A stretch of 64,000 bases of DNA from IMG/VR virus record IMGVR_UViG_3300031951_000045; one strand, given 5' to 3'. This stretch comes from an uncultured virus (IMG/VR IMGVR_UViG_3300031951_000045). Its lineage: Duplodnaviria; Heunggongvirae; Uroviricota; Caudoviricetes. Below the pieces are notes generated by a model. It was not told where the DNA came from and ran no database searches. It saw nothing but the letters and a program-made list of their open reading frames with translations. This document shows positions 38,301 through 47,470 of the stretch, piece by piece (within the stretch, counting starts at the first letter, position 1; the number at the start of each line of letters is the position of its first letter). Made by a program: the position numbers and the translations under genes.

Positions 38301-39873
38301 TTCTGATACAGACGGATTCGGAAAAAATTTAATTCTGACGATTCCAAATAGTTCTGGAATTATTTCTTCCTTTAATTCAATTATTGTTGATAACATTCAA
38401 GGAAAAGTAAATACTTCTGGTTCGTATTCATTAACAAATAATGGATCAGAAATAACTAATGCAACAGCAACTAGTTCTATAGAATTGACAAATGGTTTAT
38501 ATTTTAAAGTAAATCATAATAATCACGGAATGTATGCAGCAAATAATCAAGTAATTTTAAGTGGAATTGAATCCGATTATTCACCAGAAACTTTAGTTAG
38601 TGATTATTCTGCCACATCTACTGATAATATTGTAGTTTCTTCTGGTTCTATTTTTTCTACTTTTGAAAATGTTGGTGTTGCATCAACAAATCCAGGATAT
38701 ATTTTAATTGATCAAGAAATTATTAAATATACTGGAGTTTCTGGAAATTCATTAACTGGAATAACAGGAAACAGAGGAATAGATGGAACAATACCAACTT
38801 TACATAAAGCAAAATCTTTAGTATTTAAATATGAAATGAATGGCATTTCATTGAGAAGAATTAATAAAACACATACATTCACTGATGTTGATGTGAGTAA
38901 TTATCCAATTGAAATGGATTCTTATTATTTAAAAATTGATACATCGTCAAAAACTGGAACAGACAGAACTACTGGAAGTGCTGTTGGTCCAGAACTATTC
39001 TTCAACCAATCAAAATCTTGTGGTTCTTATCTAACAAATACTCCACAACTGAATTCAATAAATGGACAAAAGGCAACGCAAAATTTAGTATTTAATAGTA
39101 TTAGGCCAAACATAGTCACAATGTTACCAGACACAACTTCAATTTCTGCAAAATTGAGAACAACATCTGCGACTAGTGTAAATGGAAATGAATTATCATT
39201 TATTGATTCTGGTTTTACTGATATTTCTTTAAACTCAAATAATGAATTTAATTCTTTAAAAATGATTTGCTCTAAGGTCAATGAAGAGTTTTATTTGAGT
39301 TCTTTACCTGGAAATAAATCGTTGACTATAGAAATGTCCTTACAGACCAAGGATTCTAAAGTTTCTCCTGTGATTGATTTTGATCGTGTAAGTTTAATTA
39401 CTACTATGAATAGGATTGATACTCCAATTAAAAATTATTTAACTGACCCAAGAGTTAATCAATTAACTGGTGATCCAAATTCAGCAATTTACTTATCAAA
39501 AATAGTAAAGTTAGAGAAATCATCAGACAACTTAAAAGTTTTATTTGATGCATACAGACATCAATCTAATGATATTAGAGTTCTTTATCGTTTATTCAGA
39601 AATGATACTCCAGACGAACAACAAATATTTGAGTTTTTCCCAGGATATGATAATTTAGATCAAAATGGTAATATCGTAGATTCATCTAAAAATAATGGAA
39701 GACCAGATAGATTTGTGCAATCATCTAATACCATAAATGATTATGGAAATTATGAATTCACCGCAAAAAATTTGCCTTTATTTAATGGATTTCAAATTAA
39801 AATTATTATGACAGGAACAAATCAAGCACAAGTTCCTTATATTAAAGACCTTCGTATTATTGCAACAATATGA
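32398..39873 (+). CDS. large virion structural protein (DUF4815/VrlC-like, 2491 aa)
   Basis: NLNVSPYFDDF, ARRTYDESGDY, GFFVDNF, DPLAQSF motifs. Confidence 0.85.
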   Translation: MPQNTNLNVSPYFDDFSDQKGYQKVLFKPGTPIQSRELTTLQSILQNQIEKFGKHFFKEGSMVIPGQIGYDDQYYSVQIDESHLGIPVSSYIEKFVGKSIQGETSGVTAVVENYITNEQSERGNYTLYIKYKNSSSSNFTTRSFIDGENLISLEDVDYTLSTIQRNTSFATAIISNSTSIGSAAKIEEGVYFIRGFFLTVSKQTTILDQYENSPSYRVGLFIDEEIAVASNNYSDLFDNAQGFSNYSAPGADRLKISLSLIKKPLDDFNDENFVELMRLDSGVLVKFVNNSDYNLLKNEFARRTYDESGDYYIKPFNVFLKDSLNDKVGNSGIYSEKQKTSQGNVPSDDLACLSISPGKAYVRGYEIETISNISVDVEKPRTTEKVFNSSIPFNVGRKIIVNNVFGTIPVGFGTTSQVSLYGDRTSTVGVSSGTKIGIARVYDFKLKNAEYSNASTQFELFLYDVQTYTKLTLNSTITSLSTPAFIEGKSSGASGYLVSAVSNSSELVLYQVSGSFISNEQLKSNGEDLNRNVSSLIDYNLSDVHQITANESAGIGTFTADPLLSVQTLLAPSGTQFSISSSGTVTSGQENFYVGIKVGDVVSYTKQGDIVPTYNKVSAISTSGKNITIIPTTSVSGICSGTLPASNIAVNDFKKVSLEVLNNQNAFLYSKLNNSNISTVDLTGSEIIIRKSYQIPSSSFSSGSYSQILETDPNLTLLPFDEEDYNLSFSNGTIPPLNNQKLTVSGRTVSIQGITPNSNSSTLTVTFKKINVSSRKKIYNRCSSLIINKTSSGINTSTNGLTKSDIYGLRVEDKEISLNVPDVESIIGIFESSTSSDPILPNITLTNLNSNILNLIKGERIVGNDSNAVAVVVSSNSTNVVEFVYLNENSFYIGENVIFEESKISGKVDSILTGDKNIKNNYILDEGQKVEYLDFSKIVRKSEFSSPTKKLKIIFNNYTINSTDDGDLVSVDSYDKERYGKDISFVGSNSLSDVIDLRPRVAPYSGTYSPFEYESRKFESINSSKNIFSNNKDINLSYEYYLPRIDKLYLNKDGIFFISKGIPSIESKEPNSLDSSLEVATIRLPAYLYSTTDATIILSSHKRYTMRDVSRLEDRIKNIEYYTSLSLLESDTQNLSIRDPQTKLDRFKCGFFVDNFRSYNGGQIRSRDYKASIDTANGILRPSHYTTSIDLLIGSESVVGLGTISNPNTDLRFANDFGSPNIKKVGSQLLLNYSEVEYVKNIFATRSENVNPFHVINWIGSIELNPSSDSWIETRKTKKTVDIEGSYQQSMEQLGVDSNTGFSPIDWNSWETNWTGETISNGPEIGRISQGTTNLGNTTFDPSGSGRRQVTDTTTFRDDFLTFNNQTITKTGTSTREGIQYKVSEKFDSTNLGDRVVSREIIKKMRSRNIEIIARRLKPSSRFYCFFDNVDLTSYVIPKLLEVSMSSGTFSPGETVIGTLGTKSIRFRLSQQNHKYGPYDSATEVYVENPYQPENTLSSSYSSTTTILNVDTASLSINSESNFYGSLIQGMQIVGQTSNAIATVSEIRLVSDFSGVFIGSVLIPDSTIPSTPSFETGTKTLVLTTSSTNSTVVTSNESTAETNFYSEGTLDNVENSTLRIRNANIERLPQSETILASETETRLVSSNTSENRTTTSQRWVDPLAQSFEVADRNGVFITKCDIFFKTKDTKGVPVTLQIRSMRDGTPTQEILPFGEIVLNASDVNISEDGTVPTTFTFPSPIYLESVGSGYAIVLVSSSNEYNVWISRMGETDISTIDKPDSEKIIVSQQPTLGSLFKSQNGSTWEPSQLEDLKFTLYRADFVTSPASIRFYNPELAVGNNQIISLRPNPINTNSNSALIGIGTSLSPVQQSSLVIGNTISQTTNTNFTGKLKSLVGAVGINSELTLTNTGMGFTSGPKLYSNINLKTLTGFGNNAKVNLFVSGGVAVAATVTDGGSGYKIGDTLTVNSSDTDGFGKNLILTIPNSSGIISSFNSIIVDNIQGKVNTSGSYSLTNNGSEITNATATSSIELTNGLYFKVNHNNHGMYAANNQVILSGIESDYSPETLVSDYSATSTDNIVVSSGSIFSTFENVGVASTNPGYILIDQEIIKYTGVSGNSLTGITGNRGIDGTIPTLHKAKSLVFKYEMNGISLRRINKTHTFTDVDVSNYPIEMDSYYLKIDTSSKTGTDRTTGSAVGPELFFNQSKSCGSYLTNTPQLNSINGQKATQNLVFNSIRPNIVTMLPDTTSISAKLRTTSATSVNGNELSFIDSGFTDISLNSNNEFNSLKMICSKVNEEFYLSSLPGNKSLTIEMSLQTKDSKVSPVIDFDRVSLITTMNRIDTPIKNYLTDPRVNQLTGDPNSAIYLSKIVKLEKSSDNLKVLFDAYRHQSNDIRVLYRLFRNDTPDEQQIFEFFPGYDNLDQNGNIVDSSKNNGRPDRFVQSSNTINDYGNYEFTAKNLPLFNGFQIKIIMTGTNQAQVPYIKDLRIIATI

Positions 39874-40070
39874 TACCAGTAGAAGGACATAAAGGACTCT
39901 ATAGAGATGAGACCACTAATGCAATTGTAAATTGTAATGACTATCAGTATCAAGAATATATAAAATTGAAAAATGAATCTTTGAGTGAAAAAGAAGAAAT
40001 TGAAAATTTAAAAAATGAATTGTCAGAAGTTAAGAAATTGCTGAAAGATTTAATAAACAATCATTCATAA
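39870..40070 (+). CDS. conserved small hypothetical protein
   Basis: IPVEGH..LYRD..TNAI plus a coiled-coil tail. Confidence 0.8.
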   Translation: MIPVEGHKGLYRDETTNAIVNCNDYQYQEYIKLKNESLSEKEEIENLKNELSEVKKLLKDLINNHS

Positions 40071-40099
40071 ATACTATAAAATAAAAGTTTTTTAATATA

Positions 40100-40453
40100 A
40101 TGTCTATATACGTAGTCAATATAGTAATTCCTTCTGGTTCTGATTTTAGTCAATCATTTTTTCTTGAAAGTGATGAATCAGATTCTGCTTTTAATTTGAC
40201 TAACTATAGTGTGTATTCAATGATCAAAAAAAGTCCATTATCTCTGACAACAGCAGCAAATTTCAATGCTTCTATTGTCTCCCCTCCAACTCAAGGTCAA
40301 ATAATCATTTCTTTGGGATCTAGTATTACTGCATCGTTAAAACCAGGAAGATATTCTTATGATGTTTTAATAAAAAATAATTCATCAGGATTAAAAACTA
40401 GAGTTATTGAAGGAAGTGCTTTAGTTACAGCAGGAATTACAACAACGGTGTAA
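40100..40453 (+). CDS. conserved virion-associated beta protein
   Basis: LKPGRYSYDV...RVIEGSALV motif; late promoter CATAAATA at 40066. Confidence 0.7.
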   Translation: MSIYVVNIVIPSGSDFSQSFFLESDESDSAFNLTNYSVYSMIKKSPLSLTTAANFNASIVSPPTQGQIIISLGSSITASLKPGRYSYDVLIKNNSSGLKTRVIEGSALVTAGITTTV

Positions 40454-40456
40454 AAA

Positions 40457-41272
40457 ATGGCTCAACCATCAACAAGGCAGGGATTAATTGATTATTGTTT
40501 GAGAAAACTGGGATATCCAGTTTTGGAAATAAACGTTGATGAAGATCAAATTGATGATTTGGTTGACGATGCAATTCAATATTTTAATGAAAGGCATTTT
40601 GATGGAATAGAAAGAGTATATTTAAAACACAAATTAACTCCCGAAGAAAAAACCACAATAAGAACAGGAGTTTCTACAACCACTGCAACTAGTGGTGTTG
40701 GAATTACAGCAATTTCTTTTCAGGAATCAAATAATTTTATAAAATTACCAGATACTGTAATTGGAGTATTTAATGTCTTTAAATCAGATGCAAATACAAT
40801 ATCCAGTGGGTTGTTTAATATAAAATATCAGTTATTTTTGAATGATTTATATTATTATGGAGCATTGGACCTGTTAAATTATGCAATGGTAAAAACTCAT
40901 CTTGAAGATATTAGTAGAATTATCACTCCAGATGTTCAATTGAGATTCAATAAAAAACAACACAGATTATATTTGGATATTGATTGGGCTATGGTTAATG
41001 AAAATAGTTATATTATTATTGATTGCTTTAGAATTGTTGATCCATCAGATTTTCCAAAAGTTTACAATGACTGGTGGATAAAAAAATATTTAACTGCACT
41101 CATTAAAAGGCAGTGGGGTCAAAATCTCATTAAATTTAATGGTGTCCAACTTCCAGGCGGAATTACTTTAAATGGAAGACAAATTTATGATGATGCAATT
41201 TTGGAAATAGAAAAACTTGAAGAAAAACTTCATAATGAATATGAATTACCACCAATGGATATGATCGGATAA
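40457..41272 (+). CDS. g13: neck protein gp13
   Basis: YCLRKLGYPVLEINV, QWGQNLIKF, LPGGITLNG. Confidence 0.95.
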   Translation: MAQPSTRQGLIDYCLRKLGYPVLEINVDEDQIDDLVDDAIQYFNERHFDGIERVYLKHKLTPEEKTTIRTGVSTTTATSGVGITAISFQESNNFIKLPDTVIGVFNVFKSDANTISSGLFNIKYQLFLNDLYYYGALDLLNYAMVKTHLEDISRIITPDVQLRFNKKQHRLYLDIDWAMVNENSYIIIDCFRIVDPSDFPKVYNDWWIKKYLTALIKRQWGQNLIKFNGVQLPGGITLNGRQIYDDAILEIEKLEEKLHNEYELPPMDMIG

Positions 41273-42648
41273 TGTCACCATTAAATCCTTATTTCTTACA
41301 CGGTTCATCAAGTGAACAAAGACTTGTCCAAGACTTAATCAATGAGCAATTGAGAATGTATGGTCAAGATGTTGTTTATATGCCAAGAAAATTAATTAAT
41401 GAAAAATCTATCATTAAAGAGGCAATTGTTTCTAAGTTTGATGATAGTTTTAGAATAGAAGCATATGTAATGAATTTTGAAGGTTTTGGGGGACAAGGTG
41501 ATATTTTAAGTAAATTTGGAGTAAGAACAACGGATGAATTAAATTTAATCATATCAAAAGAAAGATATGAAGATTTTATTTCCCCATTTTTGGTTTCAGA
41601 TCAAAAAGTAAAAGTTGCTACAAGACCACAAGAAGGAGACCTTATTTATTTTCCTCTTGATAATTCTTTGTTTGAAATTAAATATGTAGAAGGAAAACAA
41701 CCATTTTATCAATTGAATAATTTATATGTTTATCAATTGAAGTGTGAGATATTTGAATATGAAGATGAAAACATTTCAACAACAATTGAAGAAATTGATA
41801 AATCTGTTCAAGAGTTTGGGTACATTCAAACAATTACAATGGTAAGTTCCGGTGCAACTGCTGCATCGGCAAGTATTTCAAATTTACCATCACCAAGTTC
41901 TCTTCAATATATTGATCTAATTAATGATGGAACTGGGTATTTGACAACTCCAACAATTCGTATTGAAAAAGCACCTGTTGGTGGAACAGACGCATCAGCA
42001 GTTGCAATTATGACATATAGACCACCAAGAAATGGTAGCTCTATAGATAAAATTTTACTCATAAATCCTGGAGCAGGATATACAGTACCACCAAAAGTTG
42101 AAATATTAAGTGATACTGGAACTGGTGGAATCGCAACAGCAGTCATTTCTAATGGTTCTCTTGGACAAATATCAATATTAACTAATGGATCTGGATATTC
42201 TTCTGCACCAACTGTTTCAATATCTTCTGCACCTTCTGGTGGCACAAATGCAACTGCATTGGCATTTATAAATTCTTCCGGAATAGTTACAGCAATTAGG
42301 TATACAAATACCGGTGCTGGATACACTTCACTCCCATCTATTACATTGTCCTCTCCTGTTGGAACTTCCACTGGAAACTTTATATTTAATGAGTCAATCA
42401 GAGGAGTTTCTACAGGGACAACAGCATATGTTAAAGATTGGGATGCAGACACCAAAGTCCTTAAAGTTTCAATTGCAAATGGAAACTTTGCTCTTGGTGA
42501 ATTAATAGTTGGTTCTAATGCAACTCATAAAGTATTTTCAATTCAATCTGATGATTTGTATGACCCATATGCTCAAAATACTGAAATAGAAAATGAATCA
42601 GATTCAATGTTAGACTTCTCTCAAAGAAATCCATTTGGTGATTACTAG
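41272..42648 (+). CDS. g14: neck protein gp14 (with inserted GxGY..P repeats)
   Basis: EQRLVQDLINEQ, RPQEGDLIYFP, NPFG end. Confidence 0.92.
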   Translation: MSPLNPYFLHGSSSEQRLVQDLINEQLRMYGQDVVYMPRKLINEKSIIKEAIVSKFDDSFRIEAYVMNFEGFGGQGDILSKFGVRTTDELNLIISKERYEDFISPFLVSDQKVKVATRPQEGDLIYFPLDNSLFEIKYVEGKQPFYQLNNLYVYQLKCEIFEYEDENISTTIEEIDKSVQEFGYIQTITMVSSGATAASASISNLPSPSSLQYIDLINDGTGYLTTPTIRIEKAPVGGTDASAVAIMTYRPPRNGSSIDKILLINPGAGYTVPPKVEILSDTGTGGIATAVISNGSLGQISILTNGSGYSSAPTVSISSAPSGGTNATALAFINSSGIVTAIRYTNTGAGYTSLPSITLSSPVGTSTGNFIFNESIRGVSTGTTAYVKDWDADTKVLKVSIANGNFALGELIVGSNATHKVFSIQSDDLYDPYAQNTEIENESDSMLDFSQRNPFGDY

Positions 42649-42683
42649 TTATTAATTACTAAATAATTATAAAGTGTTTGATT

Positions 42684-43742
42684 ATGTTAGGAAATTATAG
42701 TTATCACGAAATTATAAGAAAGACGGTTATATCTTTTGGTACGCTTTTTAATAATATTTTAATCAAACACGAAGAGCAAGATGGAACTGATTATAGTTTA
42801 ATCAAAGTTCCCATTGCGTATGGACCAATACAGAAGTTTTTAGCAAGATTAGAACAGAAGCCAGACTTGAGAAAAAGAGTTGCATTGACTCTTCCTCGTA
42901 TGTCTTTTGAATTAACTAGTATCAATTATGATGCAAGCAGAAAGGTATCTACGGTACAAACATTCAAAACATTAAATTCCGAGAATCAAAATAAAGCAAT
43001 AAAAGTTTATATGCCAGTCCCATACAATTTGGGAATAAAATTAAGCATAATGGCAAAATATAATGATGATATGCTCCAAATTTTGGAGCAAATTTTGCCA
43101 TTTTTCCAACCATCATTTAGTTTAACTATTGATTTAGTATCATCCATTGGAGAAAAAAAAGATGTTCCAATGATATTGGAAAATATTCAAATGGAAGATA
43201 ATTACGAAAGTGACTTTACCACAAGAAGAGTTTTAGTTTATACTCTAAATTTTGTTGCCAAAACTTATATTTTTGGACCAATTGCAGATAGTACAGAAGG
43301 TTTAATTAAAAAAGTGCAAGTTGATTACTATACGGATACAAATATAAAAAATTCATCAAGACAGTTGAGATACACAGCAACACCAAGAGCAATTAAAGAT
43401 TACAATAATGATAATACAAATACACTAACAGAAGATATTAATGAGTATGTTACAAAAATTTCTGTTTCTGATGCTTCACTACTGAGCGAAAATACTTACA
43501 TTATGATAGAAAAAGAAGAATTACTCATTAAATCTATTGAAGGAAATGACTTAACAGTATTAAGGGGACAAGACGGAACAACGGCAGTTCCGCATTTAAT
43601 TAATTCTTCAATTGATGTAATAAATGCGGTTGATGATAGTTTAGTTGAACCAGAAGATGATTTTGGATTTAATGAAAGTTATTTTGATTTTGGTGATGGA
43701 AAAATTTATAGTCCAACAAAAGGAATAGATGTATCATTATGA
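42684..43742 (+). CDS. g15: tail sheath stabilizer/completion protein gp15
   Basis: FGTLFNNI, VPIAYGP.QKFLAR, LPRMSFE. Confidence 0.93.
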   Translation: MLGNYSYHEIIRKTVISFGTLFNNILIKHEEQDGTDYSLIKVPIAYGPIQKFLARLEQKPDLRKRVALTLPRMSFELTSINYDASRKVSTVQTFKTLNSENQNKAIKVYMPVPYNLGIKLSIMAKYNDDMLQILEQILPFFQPSFSLTIDLVSSIGEKKDVPMILENIQMEDNYESDFTTRRVLVYTLNFVAKTYIFGPIADSTEGLIKKVQVDYYTDTNIKNSSRQLRYTATPRAIKDYNNDNTNTLTEDINEYVTKISVSDASLLSENTYIMIEKEELLIKSIEGNDLTVLRGQDGTTAVPHLINSSIDVINAVDDSLVEPEDDFGFNESYFDFGDGKIYSPTKGIDVSL

Positions 43743-44161
43743 CAAGTAAATTTGAAAATATAGACGAAGCATTAGAAATAGAAGCAACTTCTGTATCAAA
43801 AGAAATTGTAAAAAAATCAAAAGAAGCAATAGCAAGACCAATCTCTGGAGAAGAAAGTGATAAGGATTATGAATACACACGAGGAAATTTGTATTCATTG
43901 ATTGAAAAGGGTCAAGAAGCAATTGATAGTATTATGGATTTAGCACAACAAAGTGATAGTCCAAGAGCATATGAAGTTGCAGGTCAATTAATTAAAAATG
44001 TTGGTGATGTGACTGATAAGTTAATTGATTTGCAGCATAAAATGAAAAAACTTAAAGAAGAAGATGCTAGAGGTCCTTCTACCGTTAATAACTCTGTTTT
44101 TATTGGTTCCACTGCGGATCTCCAAAAATTACTCAAACAAGGATTTGCCGACAATAAATAG
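43739..44161 (+). CDS. g16: terminase small subunit gp16
   Basis: DYEYTRGNLY, SPRAYEVAGQL, NNSVFIGST. Confidence 0.93.
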   Translation: MTSKFENIDEALEIEATSVSKEIVKKSKEAIARPISGEESDKDYEYTRGNLYSLIEKGQEAIDSIMDLAQQSDSPRAYEVAGQLIKNVGDVTDKLIDLQHKMKKLKEEDARGPSTVNNSVFIGSTADLQKLLKQGFADNK

Positions 44162-44171
44162 TTCAAAAACT

Positions 44172-45350
44172 ATGAAAACTTTTTCACAATTTCTTTTAGA
44201 AGCAACTGACCCAAAGGGACCCATTAAGAAATATATGTCCTTAGAAGAGATTGCGAAAAAGCATAAAATCTCAATGAAAACTTTAAGTTCCCAATTAGAG
44301 ATGGGAATTAAAGTAGAAAGTGAACATACTGGAAGCAAAAGAATGGCAAAAATGATTGCCCTTCAACACTTAGAAGAACTGCCCGATTATTATACAAGAT
44401 TGAAGAAAGCAGAAAAAATTAAAGAAGAAACTGCATCTGGTGATGAAACTCTTGGGGATTGGTTTAGGAAATCCGACGCAATAGACCCCAAAACTGGAAG
44501 AAAAGTTCCGGGGTGGCGTCAGATTGGTGGACCATTTGCTGGTGCTCCTTGTGCTCGTCAACCTGGACAAACTTCTACTCCAAAATGCGGAAGTTCCAAG
44601 ATGGCAGCAAACTTATCAGATGAAGAAGAGGATAAAGCATTTAGAAGAAAAAATAAAAAAGATCCAAATCAACCACAAAAATCTGGTTCTGCAAAACCAA
44701 CTAATGTTGCAACAGAAGAAACTATTATTGAGAAAAAAGATGCTTGCTACCATAAAGTAAAATCTAGATATAGAGTTTGGCCTTCTGCTTATGCTTCTGG
44801 TGCTTTGGTTAAGTGCCGTAAGGTTGGTGCAGATAGTTGGGGAACAAAAACAGAAAGTACTGATGCTCTTGCATATGATTGGGATGGACCAATATATCAA
44901 GGGGAAAAGAGATATTGTCCCAACTGCCAAAAGATGGAATATATGAAAGAGTGCAAATATGGTCCAAAGTATTGGTTGTTATATTCTTCTGCAGTTGAAC
45001 CGACATTTCCCACGATTCAAATTTATAATAAAAAATATGACCCAAATAGACCCCATCCAGCAAATGAGGAAGTAAAATACAATTACTCTGACAATAAAAT
45101 AAAAAATATCCGAGAAATATATACTAGAATACAATCAAGAGGTTCAACTTATACTATAATTTTTAATTGGAGAGGAAGATCTCTTTCATCTCAAATGTTT
45201 TTCCCCCAATTCACTAGACCATCAAAACCACAGGTGACTTATGAACTGAGAAAAATATACCCAGGTGCTATTGTTTTAACTTTCAACCCTGCACCAAAAG
45301 ACCCAACAAAACCTTTATTATTTACAGGAGAATTAGATGGATCCAGATAA
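44172..45350 (+). CDS. mosaic putative internal head protein (DUF5661-like domain)
   Basis: Start 44172 MKTFSQFLLEA; GIKVESEH...HLEELPDYY; KDACYHKVKSRY..WPSAYASG; late promoter AATAAATA at 44153. Confidence 0.6.
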   Translation: MKTFSQFLLEATDPKGPIKKYMSLEEIAKKHKISMKTLSSQLEMGIKVESEHTGSKRMAKMIALQHLEELPDYYTRLKKAEKIKEETASGDETLGDWFRKSDAIDPKTGRKVPGWRQIGGPFAGAPCARQPGQTSTPKCGSSKMAANLSDEEEDKAFRRKNKKDPNQPQKSGSAKPTNVATEETIIEKKDACYHKVKSRYRVWPSAYASGALVKCRKVGADSWGTKTESTDALAYDWDGPIYQGEKRYCPNCQKMEYMKECKYGPKYWLLYSSAVEPTFPTIQIYNKKYDPNRPHPANEEVKYNYSDNKIKNIREIYTRIQSRGSTYTIIFNWRGRSLSSQMFFPQFTRPSKPQVTYELRKIYPGAIVLTFNPAPKDPTKPLLFTGELDGSR

Positions 45351-45525
45351 AATTATTCTTGATTGTTTATCTAAAAATTTTGAATATGAAAGGATTTCAA
45401 GAGAATTAGATACTTGCGAAAATATAGAACAAGTAAAAGATATAGCAAAATCATTTGTTAAATTATATTTGAAGCAACAAGAAGTTATGACACAAATTGG
45501 TATAATTGATGGAAAAACATTATAA
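45337..45525 (+). CDS. NblA-like phycobilisome degradation adaptor (candidate)
   Basis: 62-aa helix-loop-helix, LxxLSKxFEYERxxRxLDxC...IAKxxxxLYxKQ, resembling picocyanobacterial NblA as recalled. Confidence 0.5.
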   Translation: MDPDKIILDCLSKNFEYERISRELDTCENIEQVKDIAKSFVKLYLKQQEVMTQIGIIDGKTL

Positions 45526-47155
45526 GGGAAATCCCAATCTAAAAGCAGAAAATGTTCAAATTGAATTTACGACAGAACAAATTCAAGAATACTTAAAATG
45601 CAAAAGTGACCCAATTCATTTTGCAAAAAATTATGTAAGAATTGTCTCTCTTGATCACGGATTAGTTCCGTTTGATATGTATGATTTTCAAGAAGAATTG
45701 ATTACAAACTTTCACGAGAATAGATTTAATATTGCAAAATTACCAAGGCAAACAGGTAAATCTACGACTGTTGTTTCATATTTGTTGCATTATGCTCTCT
45801 TCAATGACAACATAAGAATCGCAATTCTAGCAAACAAAGCAGAAACTGCAAGAGAACTTTTAGGTAGATTGCAATTATCTTATGAAAATTTACCAAAGTG
45901 GTTGCAGCAGGGTGTTGGTTCTTGGAATAAAGGTTCGTTGGAACTTGAAAATGGTTCCAAAATTGTAGCAGCATCTACCTCATCTTCTGCCGTCCGAGGA
46001 AACTCTTTTAATATTATTTTCTTGGACGAATTTGCATTCATTCCAAATCATATTGCAGAGCAGTTCTTCTCTTCTGTGTATCCTACTATTTCTTCGGGAC
46101 AGAGTACAAAGGTTATTATCATCTCAACTCCAAATGGGATGAATATGTTTTATAAACTTTGGCACGATGCAGAAAGAGGAAAGAATGGTTATGTTCCACT
46201 AGAAGTCCATTGGTCTGCGGTGCCTGGAAGAGATGCAGAGTGGAAACGGCAAACAATTGCGAATACTTCCGAAAGACAATTCACACAAGAGTTTGAGTGC
46301 GAATTTTTGGGGTCTGTTGATACTTTGATTACTCCATCAAAACTTAGAATGATGGTTTATGATGATCCATTAACCAGAAATAAAGGATTGGATGTTTATG
46401 AAGAACCACAAGAAAAAAATACTTATTTAATGACTGTAGATGTTTCTCGTGGAATGAGTAATGACTATTCTGCATTTATTGTATTTGATATTAGTCAATT
46501 CCCATATAAGGTAGTCGCAAAATATAGAAATAATGAAATTAAACCTATGCTTTTTCCAAATATCATTCACGAAGTCGCAAAAGCTTATAATAAAGCATTT
46601 GTCCTCACTGAAGTAAATGATATCGGGGAACAGGTATCAAGTATTTTGCATTTTGATTTAGAATATGACAATATTTTGATGTGCTCTATGAGAGGTCGTG
46701 CAGGTCAATTGGTTGGTCAAGGATTTTCCGGAAAGAAAACTCAATTGGGAATTAAAATGTCCAAAACCGTCAAAAAAGTTGGATGTTCAAACTTAAAAAC
46801 AATCATTGAAGATGATAAATTATTAATAAAAGATTATGATATTATTAGTGAATTGACAACTTTTATTCAAAAAAGTCAATCTTTTGAGGCAGAAGAAGGT
46901 TGCAATGATGACCTTGCGATGTGTCTTGTAATTTTTGCTTGGTTGGTCGTTCAGGACTATTTTAAAGAGATGACTGACAACGATGTTCGTAAAAGAATTT
47001 ACGAAGATCAAAGGGATCAAATAGAACAAGATATGGCACCATTTGGATTTTTATCAGATGGATTAAGTGAAGAAACTTCTTTTGTTGATGAAGATGGAGA
47101 TAGATGGCATTTGGACGAATATGGAGATAGATCATATATGTGGGAATACAGATAA
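45509..47155 (+). CDS. g17: terminase large subunit gp17
   Basis: YKGNPNLK, PRQTGKST (Walker A), FLDEFAF, DDLAMCL. Confidence 0.97.
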   Translation: MEKHYKGNPNLKAENVQIEFTTEQIQEYLKCKSDPIHFAKNYVRIVSLDHGLVPFDMYDFQEELITNFHENRFNIAKLPRQTGKSTTVVSYLLHYALFNDNIRIAILANKAETARELLGRLQLSYENLPKWLQQGVGSWNKGSLELENGSKIVAASTSSSAVRGNSFNIIFLDEFAFIPNHIAEQFFSSVYPTISSGQSTKVIIISTPNGMNMFYKLWHDAERGKNGYVPLEVHWSAVPGRDAEWKRQTIANTSERQFTQEFECEFLGSVDTLITPSKLRMMVYDDPLTRNKGLDVYEEPQEKNTYLMTVDVSRGMSNDYSAFIVFDISQFPYKVVAKYRNNEIKPMLFPNIIHEVAKAYNKAFVLTEVNDIGEQVSSILHFDLEYDNILMCSMRGRAGQLVGQGFSGKKTQLGIKMSKTVKKVGCSNLKTIIEDDKLLIKDYDIISELTTFIQKSQSFEAEEGCNDDLAMCLVIFAWLVVQDYFKEMTDNDVRKRIYEDQRDQIEQDMAPFGFLSDGLSEETSFVDEDGDRWHLDEYGDRSYMWEYR

Positions 47156-47386
47156 ATGAATATAAGTGACCAATTTGAATTAGAGCACTTATTTTTAACA
47201 GAGAGAAAATGCAGAGTATGTAAAGAAATAAAAGATTTAATTGATGGTTTTTATTTAACTCGCAAAGGAAGGGGGGACATACCGTCAGCATATTCATATG
47301 AATGTAAAAATTGTACAGTAAAAAGAATTATACAAAGTAGGAAAAAAATTAGAAATATACCAAATTGGGAATATCCAGATTGGTAA
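47156..47386 (+). CDS. small zinc-finger protein
   Basis: CRVC...CKNC, ends EYPDW. Confidence 0.75.
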   Translation: MNISDQFELEHLFLTERKCRVCKEIKDLIDGFYLTRKGRGDIPSAYSYECKNCTVKRIIQSRKKIRNIPNWEYPDW

Positions 47387-47424
47387 TGTTCACGGGTGGT
47401 TTCCCCATTGTAACGTATCTAATT

Positions 47425-47432
47425 TATAAATA
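47425..47432 (+). promoter_or_regulatory. T4-type late promoter
   Basis: TATAAATA upstream of g18. Confidence 0.75.
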
Positions 47433-47470
47433 CTTCTAGGCAAAATGAACTTCTTAACGAGGGGAAACAA

